Assembly (NCBI GenBank): GCA_044225365.1
Contig: JBGAIQ010000007.1
Span: 1-64,000, forward strand
From: Planctomycetota bacterium
GTDB taxonomy: Bacteria > Planctomycetota > B15-G4 > JADJEK01
DNA: 64,000 bases
Reading direction: 5' to 3'
Positions 60,224 through 64,000 of the stretch are shown piece by piece; positions within the stretch are counted from its first letter, which is position 1; each line of letters opens with the position of its first letter. The translations under genes were made by a program, and so were the position numbers. Under the pieces are notes generated by a model. That model saw nothing but the letters and a program-made list of their open reading frames with translations. It was not told the DNA's origin and did no database searches.

Positions 60224-61450
60224 TCAGCCGCGATGTCCGATCGCGGACTCCATCTCTTCGATCATCGAAAGATACCGATCGCTGTCGCGAAGCATCGCGC
60301 GTCGCCGGTTCGGGTCCCGTTCCTCGCTCTCCGCGATCGAGCGTCGAGTCGACTCGAAGTGCGCGCGCGCCCCTTCGAGGAACTTCGACGCGAGCTTGCG
60401 ATCGGGTGACTCTGCTGGAGTGCGGAGAGTTGCTTGGACGAAGAGCGAGAGCGCCGGAATATGCCATGGCGTCTTCGCGAGGAGAGAGCGCGCTCGAACG
60501 ATCGCGGAGTCCGGCTGGTCGAGATCACCATGCGCTTGGCAAGCGAGCCACAGAAGGTCGGTCTCCCGATCTCCTGCGCCACGAGCGAGGATCCGGTCGA
60601 CTTCGTGAATGCATTGCTCCGGGTAGCCCGAAGCTCGATCGACGTAGGCCTTCACGAACGAGAGCCCGGTGTCGTCGGGACGGATCTCCACTCCGTGCGT
60701 CGCGATCTTGCGCAGCAGAAGCTCGAGCGAATGGCTCCGCGATCCCAGTTCCTCGATGACGAAAACCGCCTGTGTCACGTCGGAGGCGACGGCCGACGAC
60801 AGTTCTTCGACGGAGTCGTTGGAGTCGCCAGCGGGCCCGGCGATCGAGAGCGCGTGTCCGACTCGCCCGGCGAGCGCCCAGTCGTTTGCCTTCGCTGTCC
60901 CAATGGCGACGAGTCGATCGAAATGGAGATTGGCCGTTTCGTGATCGCCCCGCTCGAGCGCGTTGGTCCCGGCGAACCATCGCAGCTCCTCGGAGTTCGG
61001 ATGGAATCGCAACGACTGCTCGATCGTGCGCTTCGCGTCTTCGAGCTTGCCCTGCTCCGCGGCGGCTTCGCTCACCAGCAGGGCGGTCATCGGGGCGTCG
61101 GGGGCGACCACCGAAAGGCGTGCAAGGGTCTTCTCCGCAAGCGGTCGGTCGCGCTTGGCGAGGGCGACTTGATACGCCAACGCATAGAGATCGGACTGGA
61201 TCTCCGGTGAACGCGCATCCCCGAGGCCCTGGTCGAGCGCGCGATCGGCATTCGCGAGTTCGGTCTTCGACGCTTCGTCCTGATTCGCTTGGTGGAGCTG
61301 CATGGCGCGGGACATCGAAGCGCGCGCCTCATCCGAGTGAGCCGCGGCGAACCGATCCAAACTCAAAGCGCCGCACCCTGGCAGTCCCAGGAAGAATGCG
61401 GCGCCAAGAAGGACCGGCCCGCGGCGATCGTAACGCCGGCGGGTGATCAT
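60224..61450 (-). CDS. TPR-containing lipoprotein
   Basis: Lipobox LPGC; TPR-like helices (QGKLEDAKRTIEQSLRFHPNS). Confidence 0.75.
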   Translation of the reverse strand: MITRRRYDRRGPVLLGAAFFLGLPGCGALSLDRFAAAHSDEARASMSRAMQLHQANQDEASKTELANADRALDQGLGDARSPEIQSDLYALAYQVALAKRDRPLAEKTLARLSVVAPDAPMTALLVSEAAAEQGKLEDAKRTIEQSLRFHPNSEELRWFAGTNALERGDHETANLHFDRLVAIGTAKANDWALAGRVGHALSIAGPAGDSNDSVEELSSAVASDVTQAVFVIEELGSRSHSLELLLRKIATHGVEIRPDDTGLSFVKAYVDRASGYPEQCIHEVDRILARGAGDRETDLLWLACQAHGDLDQPDSAIVRARSLLAKTPWHIPALSLFVQATLRTPAESPDRKLASKFLEGARAHFESTRRSIAESEERDPNRRRAMLRDSDRYLSMIEEMESAIGHRG

Positions 61451-61459
61451 GACTTCAGC

Positions 61460-62161
61460 TCAGAAGCGGGGATTCTCGAGCGTGTACCGGAAGTAGGGGA
61501 GGTGGTACTTCTCGCGGAGTCGAGCACGCGTGTCGTCGTCGCCCGGATCCATTTCCGGAGAGAGCGGCGAAGCGTAGATGCTCGGCAACGCGAAGATTCC
61601 GGCGACGAAGTCGACGGCCTCGAACGGAGAGGCGTTGACGTTGAGCCCCACCCAGAACAGGTGGAGGTTCGCGCCGACGTCGCTCCAGTGGCGATCGTGG
61701 TTGTCGAGGTAGTCGGGGCCCGTGTAGGAGAACTCGTTCTCGAACAGGGTCGACGTTCCCCAGACCGGCGTGCGATTCAGCTTCACCCAGTACAGGTTGA
61801 AACCGCAGGCGACGCCGCCTTCGACACGGTCATCGCTCCACAGGCCCGCCGAGCGACGGAGCAGACCCCAGCGAGCGCCGAGGTTCATGTAGCCGCCACC
61901 CGCCTGCAGGAACTTCGTGACGTGCGCGTTCGCGAGAACGCCGTCACCGACCGAGAGGTCGCCCTGGAAGATGTCGCAGGCGTCGAGGAACCGATCCTTG
62001 GCATAGATGCCGACCTTTTCGGCACCCGTCCACTGATTGATCTCTTGCGAGTACGCCTCGAATTCCGGCGACGACGTGAACTTGTACGAGGCCTGGCATC
62101 CTGCGGCCGCGAGCAGCAGAAGCGCGCCTGCACCGGTCGTCCAATGCTTCATCAGCTTCAT
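61460..62161 (-). CDS. Hypothetical lipoprotein, paralog A
   Basis: Lipobox AAGC; shares CDIF, GLW, HWxDxGA, SPxEAxDFV and DDDTR with the next gene. Start may be 62152. Confidence 0.85.
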   Translation of the reverse strand: MKLMKHWTTGAGALLLLAAAGCQASYKFTSSPEFEAYSQEINQWTGAEKVGIYAKDRFLDACDIFQGDLSVGDGVLANAHVTKFLQAGGGYMNLGARWGLLRRSAGLWSDDRVEGGVACGFNLYWVKLNRTPVWGTSTLFENEFSYTGPDYLDNHDRHWSDVGANLHLFWVGLNVNASPFEAVDFVAGIFALPSIYASPLSPEMDPGDDDTRARLREKYHLPYFRYTLENPRF

Positions 62162-62234
62162 TTCGAAAGTCCTATCGAGCTAGTTCGTGAAAACGTGACC
62201 GCGGATATGCCTGGTGAACGATCGTCGACCCAGC

Positions 62235-63116
62235 TCAACGATGAGCCTTGTCGCCGCCGTACGCACCACCGACCGAGCCGGTAGCGGGGGAGAGAGTCGG
62301 GGTGAAACCATTCTCGACGCCCTCGAACTCCTCGTGGTGCCCGAACGTGGTCGGCCAGATGGTCGGCCAAATCGAGTACGAGCTGAACCGACTACGACCG
62401 TGCTTGGCGTCGTACGTCGACGGACGGGTGTCGTCGTCGGCGATGTCCGTGCCGATGTCCCACGGCATCGGATGACCCGTGAGCTCGACCGGATTCGGAT
62501 AGTTGTTCAGCGTGCCCCACACGAAGTCGAGCGCCTCGTACGGACTGAGGTTGACGTCGAAGCCGGGGAGGATGAAGAAGTAGAGAGACGCACCGAAATC
62601 GGTCCAGTGGTTGTGCTTGTCGAGGTCGATGTCGTAGCCGTGCGCGTCGAGGTAGCGACTCGCGAGCTGCGAGTTGCCACGCGACGGGACGCGGGTCATG
62701 TCGACCGAATAGTTCTGGACGAGACCGACGTTGAACCCGCCGTCGTAGTTCTCCTCGCGCCAGAGGCCCATGCCGCGGCCGATCATTCCGACCTTGTAGC
62801 CGGACCAATTGCCGTAACCGACCTCGAGGTACTTGGTGAGGTGAACGTTGATGAAGATCCAGTTGGCGAGGATCGGCGCGTAGAAGTGGTCGTGGTACTC
62901 GCCGTTCGCGGTCTTACCCCAGCCCAGATCCAACGTGAAGATGTCGCAGAAGTCGTACCCCGTGTCCTTGAGGTAGGCCATCATCTTGTCGCTGGCGCTC
63001 CAGCGATCTTCCTCGGTACGGAAGAATCGATCCTCATCCTGCGTTGACTGGCACGCACCGAGCGTTCCGAGCGTGACGAGAGACAACGCGGCTCCGAGAC
63101 GCGTAAGGGCCTTCAT
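62235..63116 (-). CDS. Hypothetical lipoprotein, paralog B
   Basis: Lipobox LGAC; colinear with paralog A. Confidence 0.85.
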   Translation of the reverse strand: MKALTRLGAALSLVTLGTLGACQSTQDEDRFFRTEEDRWSASDKMMAYLKDTGYDFCDIFTLDLGWGKTANGEYHDHFYAPILANWIFINVHLTKYLEVGYGNWSGYKVGMIGRGMGLWREENYDGGFNVGLVQNYSVDMTRVPSRGNSQLASRYLDAHGYDIDLDKHNHWTDFGASLYFFILPGFDVNLSPYEALDFVWGTLNNYPNPVELTGHPMPWDIGTDIADDDTRPSTYDAKHGRSRFSSYSIWPTIWPTTFGHHEEFEGVENGFTPTLSPATGSVGGAYGGDKAHR

Positions 63117-63294
63117 TCTTCTTCAAGCTCCAGATGAAGCGGGAAAAGCGGGGGGAAGATATTTGGTTCCGCAAGACGACCACGGGAGCGAACTCCGACC
63201 CCGGGGCGCTCTCCCACCAAGGGGAAGAGCAACGACGCGCACCACGCACCGATCCGGATTCCGTTGGAATCCGAACCGATCCGAACCGATCCGA

Positions 63295-63495
63295 TCAATC
63301 GATGTACGGATCGTCCCAGTCGTAGTTCATGAAGTGGCGGTCGAACGACTTGTAGACGCTCTCGGCGTCGCGGCGAACGACCTGGTAGTAACCGCGCGCG
63401 TGCGCACCCCACCAGTAAACCGAGTCGTAGTGGCAGGCGCCGAAGCAGGTCGCCACGAGGGCGACACCGAGCAGGGCCCGAAGCTTGCGAGCCAT
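63295..63495 (-). CDS. Small aromatic-rich lipoprotein (66 aa)
   Basis: AAGGAG RBS; lipobox FGAC; C-terminus FDRHFMNYDWDDPYID. Confidence 0.8.
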   Translation of the reverse strand: MARKLRALLGVALVATCFGACHYDSVYWWGAHARGYYQVVRRDAESVYKSFDRHFMNYDWDDPYID

Positions 63496-63693
63496 CGCGA
63501 ATCTCCTTCAGGTCAGTCGCTCCGAAGAACGGTGTCTTCGGAATCTGGGTGACTTCGATTCTGTGTTGCTGAACTCGGCGGGGTGCGCTCGCAAAGGGAG
63601 TGATCGACCACTCGCCATCCGTTCGAACACCTCGACCCGAGCCAAGAGCCTGACAGCAAGTTCTGCCGTCGACGCCCTATATGAATCGGCGGG

Positions 63694-63721
63694 AGTGTAG
63701 CAACGCGAGTAGGGGGTTCAA
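63694..63721 (-). promoter_or_regulatory. Candidate sigma70 promoter (TTGAAC-N16-TACACT with extended TG) for the lipoprotein cluster
   Basis: Near-consensus -35 and -10 in a locally AT-richer intergenic stretch. Confidence 0.5.
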
Positions 63722-63831
63722 TCCAAAAAGAACGCCCCTTTTGACTTGCGGATCCTTCGCTTCGAGCCGTCGCGTTTCTTCTCGGCTTGCCTCGGCTATC
63801 CTGTGCCGCGATTGCCCACTGGAGCCCTTGG

Positions 63832-64000
63832 ATGACCGATCGTCGCGTCTCGCGCCGCAACTTCCTTCTGCCGATCCTCGCGGTCTCGGTAGTCGCTGCC
63901 ATCTTGCATTTTCGCCCGCGAGCGAATCGCGATGCGGGCATCAAGAACGCCGAGGATGGCACGCCGACACCGCAGGCGGAGAGTGCAACGGAGAATCGGC
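63832..64000 (+). CDS. N-terminus of a protein with a twin-arginine-like signal (runs off window end)
   Basis: GGAG RBS; MTDRRVSRRNFLLPILAVSVVAAILHF; frame open to the window edge. Confidence 0.6.
   Translation, partial: MTDRRVSRRNFLLPILAVSVVAAILHFRPRANRDAGIKNAEDGTPTPQAESATENR

Noticed and set aside
63250-63296. CCGAA/CCGAT pentamer run and small GGATTCC/GGAATCC hairpin
   Set aside because: Too short and degenerate to assign a function; recorded only as low-complexity sequence after the small lipoprotein stop.
63711-63742. Plus-strand terminator-like hairpin AGGGGGTTC..GAACGCCCCT-TTT implying an sRNA or riboswitch
   Set aside because: Bulged stem, overlaps the minus-strand promoter, and no recognisable aptamer upstream.
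1-64000. tRNA (including tRNA-Sec), rRNA, transposases, prophage or defence genes
   Set aside because: None recognised by eye in intergenic gaps or ORFs; tRNAscan or Infernal would be needed to exclude divergent RNAs.

Overview
GC-rich, gene-dense bacterial chromosomal window, probably from a Planctomycetota/PVC lineage (inferred from the PVC-type L28 insertion, the DSIKVY variant of MiaA and many secreted repeat proteins). About 50 CDSs are supported. Housekeeping genes include glpD (partial), gcvP, an ABC-F ATPase, adk, rpmB, RlmK-like and TrmJ-like methyltransferases, miaA and pcnB. There is a cheA-W-Y-B-R-X-Y operon with a separate MCP, a DprE1/DprE2-like pair, several secreted peptidases, and expanded families of secreted proteins (three TolB-like propellers, two CARDB/BACON/PPC proteins, two paralogous lipoproteins). 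The strongest hidden signal is a gene the ORF track misses: an ArsC/Spx-fold protein (986-630, minus strand) with an in-frame TGA in a U-x-x-C motif followed by a bacterial-SECIS-like hairpin, i.e. a probable selenoprotein. Other leads are a promoter-driven four-lipoprotein cluster of unknown function, a poly(A) polymerase with very large RNase E-like disordered regions, a covarying REP-like hairpin family, and a duplication scar beside a peptidase homologue that seems to lack its catalytic domain. I saw no rRNA, tRNA, CRISPR array or transposase. Start codons were chosen by eye and family names come from motif recognition, not database searches.
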